A stretch of 64,000 nt of DNA. Origin: Phaeosaccion multiseriatum (lineage: Eukaryota; Protista; Ochrophyta, other classes). The notes under the pieces were generated by a model. That model ran no database searches, had not been told where the DNA came from, and was given only the letters and a program-made list of their open reading frames with translations. Location: positions 5,642,001 to 5,706,000 of the forward strand of contig OZ218952.1 of assembly GCA_965112735.1 (NCBI GenBank), in the 5' to 3' direction. Every line of letters begins with the position of its first letter. The first letter of the stretch is position 1. Below, piece by piece: positions 47,533 through 64,000 of the stretch. Position numbers and translations under genes: made by a program.

Positions 47533-50112
47533 ATGCGCCTCGGGGAGAGGAGGCGGCCATGCGCAGCGCTGCGTGCTTCGTGCGGTCTCGTACTGCTGCT
47601 GTTGCTCGGACGGTCGGCCGTGGATGGCGCAGGAGGAGCAAGCAGTGGGGGAAACTCTGCCTCGGGGTGGACACGGGGCAGCAGGAGCAGCAGGCGAGGG
47701 GAGGGACTAGGTTCGGGTCGACGGAAGGCAGAAGGGACCTCTGCTGTGCGGAAGCGAGGAGGAGAGGATGCTAAGAGCGAACGGGGTGGTAACGGCCCTG
47801 CTCGCAACAGAAGCCCGCCCAAGCCGGCTGCCTCGAAAGAGAGGAAGGAGGCAGGAAGCGCAAGACCGAGCTCGTCCGCACCCAGTAAAGGCCCACCGCT
47901 GGCCAAGCGCAAGTCGCCCAGGTGAGCCATGTGGAATAAGGAGGCCCTCGTTCCGGAGGGAGGACACGAAGGGATGCGATCTTCCCCCCTTTTTCACCTT
48001 TACCCTCTTCAATGCGTACCTCTGCCCCCCCTCCCCGTGTCTCTCTGTTGCCAGTCTTTCATCGCGTCCCAGAAGAAGGCCGGCATCGGCGGCACGTGGC
48101 ACCAGGAAGCTAGGAGCGAAAGCATCCGGCGCGAGCAAGCCAGCGAAAGCATCCGAGGCGAAGTCCGAGGCGAAGAGCGTCCCTCCAGTCGACGGCGGTG
48201 GAGGCAGTGGAGGCAGCCTTGGTCGCCAGGGAAGCGCGCCTCTTTGTAACTACGACCATATCGACGACGAAGGGGAATTCTCGGCTCGCCTTGAGTTCGG
48301 TGATGGCTTCGGCTCTTCTGGCTCGTCCTCCTCCTCCTCCTCCTCAAGCGGTAGCGAGGATGACGATGAGGACGATGATATGGATGAGTTGGCAGACTCG
48401 CTCCTTGAATCACTGCTGGCAGAGGATACTGATAAGCTCCTTGAACGTCTGTTAGCAGATGATGGCGACAGATTTCGGCCGGGCATGAATGATCTGCTGC
48501 CCAAGGGCATCGATAGAGGAGGGTCAATAGCGGTGGAGGTGAGGGCTCAGGACAACGAACAGGAGGAGCAGGAGGAAGAAGAAAAAGAAGAAGAAGAAGA
48601 AGAAGAAGAAGAAGAAGAAGAAGAAGAAGAAGAGGAGGAGGAGGAGGAGGAGGAGGAGGAGGAGGAGGAGGAGGAGCAGGAGCAGGAGCAGGAGGAGGAG
48701 GAGAGAGAGACGAACAAGGCGGCCAAGGTAACTATTGGGCTGGAGTTTTCCGCAGAGGGCTCTAGGGGGGGGCGCCAACTTGGGGGGCAGGGGGGGGTGG
48801 AGGCGTCAGCACAAGGAGGGGAACCTGCTGTCCTGTCTGCTGATGACCAAGTTCCCAGCATTTCCGAGCCGGACGGAGAGCGGGACTCTCTTCGCATTGG
48901 AGTAGGTGGGAGTGCAGCAAGCGACGAGGAGGAAGGAGACGAAACACCACAGAGGATCGAAAGCAAAGAGGCAGGGCCAAAGCCAGAGAGCACCGTGGAG
49001 CAGGTCTTGGACGTGAAGGAGGCTACGGAAGGAGGGGGAGAGGAGGAGGGCATGCAGACCACCGATGGGGCGGGGGAGGAGGGAGAGGAGGGGGAGGGGG
49101 GTGGGGAGGAGGAGGAGACCGACGGGGATGGAGATGATGGGGTCGAAATTGAGGTGGAGGAGCCGCCTGCTGAGGGCAGGCAGAATGCTGAGGAAAATGG
49201 CAGCGAGGACGATGGCGAGGATGACGTAGAGGGGGACGAGCTTGAGATAATGGATAGTACGGGGGCAGACGCAGATGGGGCTAGGAACACGGCCGCAGGC
49301 ACAGCAGAGGACGCAGGGGGGGGGGACAAGGAGGAGGAGGAGGAGGAGAAGGAGGAGGAGGAGGAGGAGGAGGAGGAGGAGGAGGAGAAGAAGAAGGAGG
49401 AGGAGGAGGAGGAGGAGGAGGAGGAGGAGGAGGAGAAGAAGAAGGAGGAGGAGGGGGAGGGGGAGAAGAAGAAGAAGAAGAAGAAGAAGGAGGAGGAGGA
49501 GGAGGAGGAGGTGGTGGTGGAGGAGGAGGTGGTGGAGAAGGAGGAAAAGGAGATGGAGGAGGAGGTAAAGGAGATGAAGGAGGAGGTAAAGGAGGAGGAA
49601 AATGTGAAGGAGAAGAAAGAGGAAGAGGAAGCTAAGAAAGAGAAGATCAAGACAGAGGAAGAGGAGAAGGGAGAGGTGGAGGATATGAAAGAGAAGGTGA
49701 AGAAGAAGATGAAAGAGAAGGTGGAGCAGATGGAAGAGAAGGAGGATGAGGAGGACGAGGAAAGGGAGGACTGGAAGGCGAAGAAGGGCGAGGAAGAAGA
49801 GAAGGACGGGAAGGAAGGACACAAAGAGGGCAGTGGTTTCAGTAGCGGCACCAGCAGTGGCGGCCCGGAGGAGGCAAGCACACCGCAGCAGCCCCGGCCA
49901 CCGTTATTCCTCTTCCCTCCCTCCCCCCGGGCGGGCAAGACTCTGGCGGAGGAGGGGCTGATGGATGTGTTGCCCGTTCAGCAGAGACTGATCAAGTACT
50001 TCACAGATGACAAGATCTTCGCCGTGCAGGTGGCTGCGTCTGCGCTGTGTCTGGCCAACGCCGTGCTGTGCTTCATGACTGGTGAGCGAAGGGCAGCGAG
50101 GGGGGGAGGGCC

Positions 50113-50152
<40 letters not shown>

Positions 50153-51887
50153 ATGTGTGTGTCTATGCGTCTGTGTGTATGTGGTCGGTCGGGCCACCTC
50201 GCATGTGGCAGAGGTGTCGCAGTGGACGGCTGTAGAAGGCGTTCGCTTTGCCTGACGAGGGATTGGAGGCAGCTTGCTTGCTTGCTACCCTGTTCACGCT
50301 CTCTGACTGACCCTGTCCTCTCTCCTGTTGTCCCTTGTCCGACCTTTTGTTCCATGCTCCACCTCCACCTCCTCTCCCTTCCACTCCCTCCCCCTCTGCT
50401 CCTCTCGCAGCGGGGGAAGAGGAGGCGGAGAAGGGCAGAGTCTTCCGACTGGGCAAGTCACTCGAGTGGGTGGGCGGCGGCAAGGCAGCGTACCACACGG
50501 CGCTGGTAGCTGCCATTGTCAAGCACTGGGGTACGGTGTTGGGTCGCATGAGCCACACACTCGTGCCGCACCTCATGCATGAGCCCAGGAGGTGAGCACA
50601 AGGGCCTTGTGTGTGTATGTGTATGTATGTGTGTGTATGTATGTGTGTGTGTGTGTGTGTATGTGTGTGTGTGTGTGTAAGTGTGGGTGCACGTGTGTGT
50701 GCATGTGTGTATGTATGTGTATGTGTGTGCGTGTGTGTGTGTGTAAGTGTGGGTGCACGTGTGTGTGCATGTGTGTATGTATGTGTATGTGTGTGCGTGT
50801 GTGTGTGTGTGTAAGTGTGGGTGCACGTGTGTGTGCATGTGTGTATGTATGTGTATGTGTGTACGTGTGTGTGTGTGTGTGTGTGTCTTGCATACGCTTT
50901 GTTGCCCTTGCCTTAGCTCAACGACCCCGGCCCCTTCCTGTGTGCCTTCGTGCGTGCATACGTGTGTGCCCCTCTGCCAGCAGGTACTCCAAGTTCAAGG
51001 CGCGCGTGAGTCTCCTCGCTGCCGACCCGGCCATGCAGGCCATCGTGTTCTGCGGGCTGTTCCTCGTCTTCCCTCTCAAGAACGCGCTCCTGCCCCTGCT
51101 CGTAAGAGAGGCTGCCTTCACCCTTCTCGTGCTCAAGCAGGTGCGAAAGGCTTAAGTAAGGTTACGGAAGGTTACGTAAGGTTACGTAAGGTGCCCCATT
51201 GGGAAGGAAGGGAGAGCAGAAGGGCTGCCTTCGCCCCGTGGTAGGAAGCCAACCGATGGTGGCTTTTGTTGCTGCGTCGGGCTCTCCCTATAGTCGGTGA
51301 TCGGTGGTGCCGGTGATGGTTAAGGAGTAGGACTGGGATTGGGATGCCGATTTGACACTTTGCCCCTTCGTTATTCGAACGTACAGGCGTTGGCAATCCT
51401 GAGTCCGAGCGTCGCCAAGGCTCTCACCGCCGCCATGCAGCCGTTCATGCAGGTGCTCCTCGCTGCGGGGGACGGCCGAGCCTTCAAGGTGGGATGGCAA
51501 CCGAGACACACCCACACCCATACACACGCGCGAGGAAGGAAGGAAGGGAGGGAAGGGGGGAGGGAGGGAGGGAGGGGCTGCTGATGTACCTATCTCTAAC
51601 GGGTCATTTCATTTGTTTGTCTTTCCCTTTCGGATGCACAGAGAATGGACTTTCCCTCTCGGCAGAAGCAGCTTGGTAAGCGGCTGGCCCAGCTGAGCTT
51701 CAAGATGGAGCTGGTGCTCGTGGGAGACATACTATTTAAACTCTACGTGCCAGGGATGCTGGGGGCAGGCTCCGCAGCGACCGTCGCGGCGGCCCTGACC
51801 AACTCCAGTAAGTCAGTAAGCGTCAGTATTCCAGCAAGTTTGACTCTGACGCTTCGTTGTGATGGAAGATGTAGTGATGGTGGAATG

Positions 51888-51934
<47 letters not shown>

Positions 51935-51962
51935 GGTGGTGGTGGTGGTGGTGGTGGTAGTC

Positions 51963-51998
<36 letters not shown>

Positions 51999-52196
51999 GT
52001 GTGATGATGGAGGCTGGCCGATGGTGGAGGCCGACTCACTACAAACACCTACGCTTCGTATCGAGCGTCTTTTCGTTTTTTATTTTCGCGCATGAGTGAG
52101 TCCCTCACTCCCTCTCGCTCTCCCCGCTCTGTCCTTCCCTACCTGTGCTCGCCTGGCCTCGCTCACCCTCCTCCTGTGCTTTTGTGCTGTGCTGTG

Positions 52197-52231
<35 letters not shown>

Positions 52232-52983
52232 GTGTTGTGTGTGCGTGTCGAAGGCAAGGAGGAGGTGCTGAAGGCTCGTCTCCGCTTCGCCGCCAAGTTT
52301 GTGCCCTGGGGCATGGTGTATGTGCAGCTGTTGGGTATCAAGAACAGGCAGCTCGAGGACGATGTCAAGATGTTCAAGGGTAAGGGAGAGAGGAGGACAG
52401 CTGTGGACGGGGGAGGAGAGAGGAGGATGGCGCTGGATGGAGAAAGAGAGGTCACTCACTCATTCACTCACTTATCTCACTTACTCACCTCACTCACCTC
52501 ACCTCACTCAACTCACTCACTCACTCATTCACTCACTCACCCGCAGGCCTGACCCTGGCTGGTGTCAAGATGGGTTGGCTGGAGCTCTTCCTGGACTCGT
52601 TTCTCTTCGCACGAATCCTCGGCTTTCCCCTTTACCTGGCCTTTGCAGTGCCTCTCATTGGCGTGCTGTTCGGAGAAGGAGGGGTTGTGTCCACTTGGAT
52701 TTTCGGAGACGCTGGAGTGGTGGCGCTGCTGACTGGCAAGACGTCGTTCTCTACTCTGGGGTCGAGGTTGGTGGATCAGATTGTGGCATCTCGGGCTGAG
52801 GCGGAGGTGGAGGAGGCGCTGAGGGAGAAGGAGGAGGAGCAGGAGGAGGAGGAGGAGGAGAGAGCGAAGCAGGCGCTCGAGGGGGCCGGTGAAGAGGAGG
52901 AGCCGCACAGCCACATACCCAAAAGTATGGCGGGGAAGGTCGCCAAGATGGCTGCGGTGGCGGCCGGGCTGGTGGATGAGTGA
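47533..52983 (+). CDS. signal-peptide protein with a huge Glu/Lys-rich region and a multi-pass membrane C-terminus (possibly TMEM33/Pom33-like)
   Basis: Exons 47533-47921, 48055-50081, 50411-50591, 50984-51140, 51387-51488, 51642-51807, 52254-52379, 52547-52983 join in frame. Several hydrophobic segments. Family call is tentative. Confidence 0.7.
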
Positions 52984-53245
52984 TGAGTCAGTCATGACTG
53001 ATGACTGAGCCAGCCAGCCGATGAGGGATGAGTCTTGCTGAGTGAGTTTCTCATGGCTCATCGCCTATCGTTCCATCACTTCGCCGGATTTGTACAGGAG
53101 TCGTGACTGATGAGTCTTGACTTTGAGTCGATGAGCGAGTCTGAGTCTTTGGCTCGAGGAGGGGGTGAGTGATGGAGTGATCAGCGATCAGGGAGGACTG
53201 AGTCCATGAGTGAGTCAGTCGCCCACCCATCTCTCTTTCTTTTAA

Positions 53246-53499
53246 CACTCGATTTGCGTAAGAATCGCCCACATCGCCCCCAATATATTTTTTGGACACA
53301 TGTAGCAAAATGACGCTGGGAGAAGCGCCATAGCTCTTCGTGTAGCTCTTTGAGAAGCCTCTCGATCCATTCCATAGTCTTTCGGCTTTCATCGCTTTTC
53401 CCCTTCACTACTTGTCAGCATTTCTGCAAGAGCACTCTCCCTTGCCGCCCGACCCCCCAAAAAACGGGCGATTTGGGCGATTCTTACGCAAATCGAGTG
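53246..53499. mobile_element. MITE / non-autonomous DNA transposon, 254 bp
   Basis: 34-bp terminal inverted repeats CACTCGATTTGCGTAAGAATCGCCCA(C/A)ATCGCCC at 53246-53279 and 53466-53499 (1 mismatch). AT-richer non-coding interior; intergenic. Confidence 0.85.
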
Positions 53500-53689
53500 A
53501 TAAAAAAATAAATCGCAATCACCCTTTCCTCATATTTGTTTAACCTGAGAAGTGAGAGATTGACTGCCATGCTTTAGCACTGCTTCCTCGTGTAGCTCAT
53601 CTTGTAGGATGAGTCTGTGAAGCGTCGCAGACAATCTCCCATTATCTTCGGGTGGTAGTGGAAGCGGTGATGGTGTGGGTGCTGATGTG

Positions 53690-54160
53690 CCATCCCCTGC
53701 CGTCCCCTGCCCTCCCGTACCATCCCCTACCATCCCCTGCCATCCATTGCCCTCCTTTACCATCCCCTACCACCCACTACCCTCCTTTACCATCCCCTGC
53801 CATCCACTACCCTCCCCTACCATTCCCTGCCATCCATTGCCCTCCTTTACCATCCCCTACCACCCACTACATTCCTTTACCATCCTCTGCCACCTCCTTC
53901 ACCATCCACTGCCATCCACTACCCTCCCCTCCCCTGCCACCTCCTTTACCATCCACTGCCATCCACTACCCTCCCCTACCATCCCCTGCCACCTCCTTTA
54001 CCATCCCCTGCCATCCACTACCCGCCCCTACCATTTCCTGCCATCCACTACCCTCCTTTGCCATCCCTTGCCACCTCCTTCCATCCCCTGCCATCCGCTA
54101 CCCTCCTTTCCCATCCCTACCACCTCCTTCCATCCACTGCCATACACTGCCCTCCTTTAC
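53690..54160. repeat. minisatellite (CCATCCCCTGCCATCCACTACCCTCCTTTA-like, ~30-bp degenerate unit)
   Basis: About 470 bp of degenerate tandem units at the 3' end of RRM paralogue A. Confidence 0.9.
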
Positions 54161-55787
54161 CATCCGCCGCCGCCATCCTGGTGCACGGGACCGCCCATGT
54201 GCTGCTGGTTGTGCATCATGGGAGGGCCCTGCTCGCGGTCTTCCCTCACGAAGATGAGGCGCCCCTTGATCTCGGTGTTGTTCAGCTGGAGGGCGAGAAC
54301 GGGAGGGGGGGCGGGGGGATTAAGAAGGACAGGAGAGTGAGATGAGATAAGCTAAGCTACAGCCTTACCTGTGCGATGGCGGCTTGAGCCTGCTCGGCGG
54401 TGGCGTACTCAACGACCCCGCAGCCCTTGCTCCTTCCCGTGTTGGACTGGAGAGAGGCAGGGAGAGAGAGGTGGCAGGGAAGTGGGTTTCGTTAGGCATG
54501 AGCGAGTGACGGAGCAAAACGGCAAGAGAAGAGGGGGTGAGACAAAGGGAGAACGTACACGAACCCACCTCGGTCATGACGTCAGCCCGCAGGATTTCTC
54601 CCCCGCTCAGGCGCATGTGGTCCTTGAGGTCTTGCCACACAACATCCCAGCTCAGATTGCCAACATACACCCTCCGGTTCTGCCTGTTGGGGCCGCCGTT
54701 GTTCTGGTACGGCTGCTGCCTGTTGTTGTTGTACGGCTGCTGCTGGTTGTTTTGGTACGGCTGATGGTTCTGGTAGGGCTGCTGGTGCCGTCTCGCGCGG
54801 CTGTTGTTCGCTTCACGATCTTCCCTCACGAAGATGGGGCGATAGTTGAGCTCGGTCTCCTGCAGAGGGCATACGGAACAGTGTGGCGACAGAGAGAGAG
54901 AGGACATGACAGACAGCCTAGACAGATGAGTGGCAGGGAGAGGCAGAGCGGATCGGGGGGGGCACTTCAAAAACGTAATTGTAGGGCGCTAAAAAAGAGG
55001 CGAGAGCTTCCCTAAGTGCGGGGGCGACTCAAGCTACATGTACACAGGACGAGAGGCGCTATGCTGTGGTCGGGAGGGCCGATGAACTTTGGTCAAACCA
55101 GCCAAAAGGGGGCGGGACTCTTGCCCTGCCCTACGCAAAGTCCAAACCCTCGATGTCAGGTAGCCCTTCAACCTGCCCGCCTACCTCACCTGGAGAGTGG
55201 CCATGGCGTTGAGGGCCTCCCCGGTGGTGCGGTACTCGACAATGGCTGAGCCTTTGGAGCGACCGTCGCTGCCGCGGAGCACGTCGCAGCGGACCACCTC
55301 TCCCGCTTGGCGCATATGGTCCGAAAGCTCCTGCAAGCAGCCAGTAATATAATATTCAGTGGTGGGAGAGAAAGAGAGAGAGAGAGAGAGATTGTGTGAG
55401 AGAGAGAGGAGTGGGGACGGATGGATGAAGATAGGGCGGTGCTGTTGTGTCCTCTCTACTCAGCAGTGCCTCGCGAGCGTGACGGAAGGTACTGTTCCAC
55501 AGGAGAGGGCTGCTTTTCCGCACTCAAGGAAAAATGCGCGCTCTTTCCGCTCTACTCCCTCACTCCTTTCTTCCTCCCTTCCCCCTCCCCCGCCCCTCCT
55601 TTCCCGGCATCTCCAATAGGCATTGGGAGCAGCTTCCCCACCTCCCTCCCGCAACAAAGGGAGCAGTGAATCTTTGACCCCCCCACCTCTCACGCACCTG
55701 CCAGTCCGTCTGCCAGCTCAAATTCCCAACGAACACGCGTGGCGAGGCCTCGACGGGAGGCATGCCTTGATCTTGCTGCCACTCCAT
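54157..55787 (-). CDS. RRM protein, Gbp2/Hrb1/hnRNP-M-like, paralogue A (2 RRMs, 3' end uncertain)
   Basis: Exons 55787-55698, 55330-55190, 54859-54569, 54446-54369, 54285-54157. Motifs: [45 protein letters not shown]; [42 protein letters not shown]. Confidence 0.88.
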
Positions 55788-56125
55788 GGTGGGCTGGCCG
55801 CGGGGGGACAAAGAATAATCGAGGGTAGAAGTGTGCTGGAGCGGTTCGGAGTTGCACACGGCTAGTGCCACCCAGTACCACTCCTGCAAAAAAAAATGCG
55901 GAGGGGGGCGATTCGAACGCGCGCATATCGCTCTTCACAAATGGGGTGGAGCGGTGGAGAGCCAACATGTGTGGTTCTGTCTTTTGAATGTCTAGCGAAT
56001 GCGAGAGGGGAATGGAGAGGGGAATGGGGAATGTAGAAAGATAGAAAGCGTACTCGCTACGCTCGCACGTGAAAAAAGAGAATGACTGCTGAAACCGCGC
56101 CAGCAAGGGCTTGATAGGGGAGAAG

Positions 56126-61201
<5,076 letters not shown>

Positions 61202-61404
61202 CAGGGGTCGGAGACACGGAACGGGCTCGCAGCAGTTGGTGATACAGCAGCAGTAACAACAACGGGCATGGTCGCGAGGAGGATGCCCACGTGGCGGAGT
61301 AGCCGTTTCCGGGAGAGGAGAGGACAGGAGGGAGCAACGCGACGAGGGGTGAGGGGAGGGGAAGAGGTGGAGAACCCGTCTGGAGGGGTACGATACAACG
61401 GAAG

Positions 61405-61458
<54 letters not shown>

Positions 61459-61844
61459 AGACAGACACACACACATACCCAGAGAAAACACATACGAAGA
61501 GAGACACCAGAGAGAGAGAGATGTAAATATATGGAGGGGAAAGCAGCACCACGCGACTTGCATTTCTGCTCTTTGCTTTATCCTTGCACAATCAGATGCC
61601 AGATGCCTACCCCTGGGCTGTACTCTTGAGAAGCAAGCCATACAATAAGAAATATAGCGCGACTCCTCGGCCCTCGCATACTCGGGGGCCCACATGCTCT
61701 CCTCTGTGCGTCCTGCATATTTGTGTGTAGAGGGGACAGACAGCCTATGTGGCCCTGTTTCCCTCCCTCCCTCTCATCCACTGATATGACAAGTGGCAAG
61801 CGGGGAACTAGGTGGGTGGGTAACAACAAGCTGGCTCCTTCACC

Positions 61845-64000
61845 TCACTCTCCTCCTGCTCCTGCGTCCCCTCCTCCCGCCGTGACCGCAGGGGAAGACC
61901 CGTCAGCGGGAGCCACCACTCCTCCAACAGTCCCGTCGACTCCGTCCCCCCCGTCCCCGCCTCCCGAGCTTACACCCCCCGCCCCTCCTCCGACGGCATA
62001 CTTGGAGTCGTTTCGGACCTCCAAGTTCCTCCCCATAAGGCTGCTGCCGTTCAGCGTAGCAATAGCCTGCTGGGCCTCCTCTATGGTGTTAAAGCGGACG
62101 GTGGCCCATCCCTTGGATCGGTTCTTGACCGGGTCCGTCATGATAGTCACGCTCGTCACTTCTCCACACCCATCGAAGTGCTCCTTAAGCTGAGCCCGCG
62201 TCGTGTCAAAGCTCATATTGCCCACAAAGACCTGAGGCGAGGGTGCCGCGTTGGCTTGCCCCAGACCATTCCGCTGCTGTGGCCTGTTCCCCACCCCCTT
62301 GTTCAGTCCTCCGCCCGGCCTGGTGGCGTTGAAGTTTCCCGCCTCCCTGTCCTCTCGCACAAATATCTGTCTGCCTTGCAGAGACGAGTTGTTGAGGTCC
62401 CTGTGAAGCCCATCGCGTACAACCAACAGCAGCACGACAAAGATAACCTCATTTAAGTTGTTCGACATTGATCGATGGAGGAGAGTAAACTAAAACTGAA
62501 ACCGGTTGTTAAGAGGGTAAGCATAGTGATAAGAGCAGATGCTCTCAGCGAGCGGAGCGACCAAACTAAGCAGCGAAGGAGAGGAGCCCCCCCCACACAC
62601 ACCGAATGCACACACCGCACCTGATGGCCTTCTGGGCCGCTCGGAAGTTGTCGTACTCAACCACACCGCAGCCTCTGCTCCGACCGTCTGGGAGGGAGGG
62701 AGGGAGGGAGGGAGGGAGGGAGGGAGGGAGAGATACACCAATATACCAAGGTCAGCACACGGGAGGGAGCGGAAGAGCTTCGTGCTTGGCAATGGCAAGA
62801 GGCCTCCCTCGTTCCGATTACTCCACACGCGTTCCGATTACTCACACTCCTTACGCTCACTCTATCTTCCATACTCCTCCTTACCCTCCCTCTCCTCTCA
62901 CTCCTTTTCCTTACTCCTCCTTTCTTTCTTACCTTGGTCCTGGAGCACATCGGCATGAATGACGTTTCCTAATAAAGGATGGCAAGAGAAGGGGGCGAAG
63001 TATACAGATACACAGCAAGTAGGCAATACAGTTAGCGCAACGGGAAGGCGCCGCACTCCCTCCCAAAGATCAAGCCGTCAGCCCCTCCTCCCCCTCCCCT
63101 CCTCTCCGACATATCATCAAGTAATATGAGACCCCCCTCCGCGCCCCTGGCGGGCCTCTGTCATAGTGGCTGCTGCCTTCTCCCCTCCCTCCTCGCCCCC
63201 CTGCCCCTTACCTACGCGGCGGCAATGGTCCTTGAGGTCCTGCCACGTGACTGCTCAGACACACACGCGCACACACGCACACACGAGAAGGGGAGGAGGG
63301 AGGAGGGGGGAAAGGGCGGGATGATGATTGATGGACCACAAGAGCGAAGAGAGCGAGGCCGAAGGCACAATTGCCAATGGACGACAGTACCGTACATCAC
63401 CGGGTGTCAGGACACAGCGTTGCCTGAAACGGGTGGGGCGGACGGACGACCGACAGACAGACTGCGTTTCCTATCGTACCTTCCCAACTCAAGTTCCCGA
63501 TGTACACGCGCGTCCCTCCGACGCCCACACCCGGCCCCTGCCTCCCCCCCTGGTAGTGCATGCCCTGCTGCTGCTGGTGCTGCTGGTGCTGCTGGGGGTG
63601 GCCCTGTTGGTGGTGCCCCTGATGAGGGCCTTGGTGGTGGTGCTGCTGCATGGGGTAGCCCCCGTACACAGGCCCACCCTGGTGGGGGGGGTGCTGTGAC
63701 GAGTGGTGGTGGTGGGGGTGGTGGTGAGGGTGCTGCTGGTGCATGGGCGCCATGTGCTGCTGGTTGTGCATCATGGGAGGGCCCTGCTCGCGGTCTTCCC
63801 TCACGAAGATGAGGCGCCCCTTGATCTCGGTGTTGTTCAGCTGGAGGGCAAGTGCGAAAGAGAGAGAGAGAGAGGGGGGTACGGACAAGGGAGTTTAGAA
63901 GGAGAAGGGAAGGAGAAGGAGAGGAGAGTGAGCTCAGCTCACGCCACAGGGGTCAAGGCCGGAACACGCCCCAGTAAGCAGAGCCTTCTTTACCTGTGCG
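61845..64000 (-). CDS. RRM protein, Gbp2/Hrb1/hnRNP-M-like, paralogue B (5' end outside window; probably 4 RRMs)
   Basis: Exons >64000-63994, 63840-63480, 63250-63212, 62968-62933, 62687-62621, 62400-61845. Motifs: [62 protein letters not shown]. Confidence 0.9.

Noticed and set aside
48524-49938. Long antisense poly-Ser/poly-Leu ORFs (similar ones at 33069-35528 and 38751-39356)
   Set aside because: Shadow frames of GAG/CAG trinucleotide coding tracts, which lack stops.
52981-53220. CTGATGA-containing stretch resembling a hammerhead core or C/D boxes
   Set aside because: No correctly placed GAAA or stems; it is degenerate TGAG/TGAC low-complexity sequence.
55888-55924. tRNA-like 3' half on the minus strand (GTTCGAAT loop, CCTCCGCA, poly-T)
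   Set aside because: No matching 5' acceptor strand, D arm or anticodon arm; the poly-T is equally explained as a splice-acceptor tract.

Overview
GC-rich, intron-rich eukaryotic nuclear DNA, probably a stramenopile/ochrophyte alga (inferred from gene families and architecture). Introns are filled with microsatellites and many exons carry poly-E/Q/S/G tracts. I reconstructed about 17 protein-coding genes by hand: a 2OG-Fe(II) prolyl-hydroxylase-like gene, SEC61B, a UBE3B/C-type HECT ligase, a TPR protein, SFT2, a DUF4614/C19orf44-like protein, a possible bL31m-like protein, a secreted Cys-repeat protein, a CCAR1/DBC1 homologue, an Ig-PH coiled-coil protein, RPAIN, a virus-type ankyrin protein, an acidic membrane protein, an acidic orphan, and a RecQ helicase flanked by two paralogous Gbp2/hnRNP-M-like RRM genes. 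The unusual elements are: (i) a frameshifted, transposon-like ORF bracketed by two long near-perfect hairpins (4.5-5.5 kb); (ii) non-canonical splicing, with a probable GA-AG intron in SFT2, a GC-AG intron and frequent AAG acceptors; (iii) the RRM-RecQ-RRM block, with a telomere-like (CCCTCA)n array in a RecQ intron, 100 bp of perfect identity between the RRM paralogues, and a minisatellite interrupting one paralogue; (iv) a 254-bp MITE; (v) a recurrent, strand-oriented GTTTCAG tandem motif upstream of start codons. Family assignments come from motif recognition only; no database searches were run.
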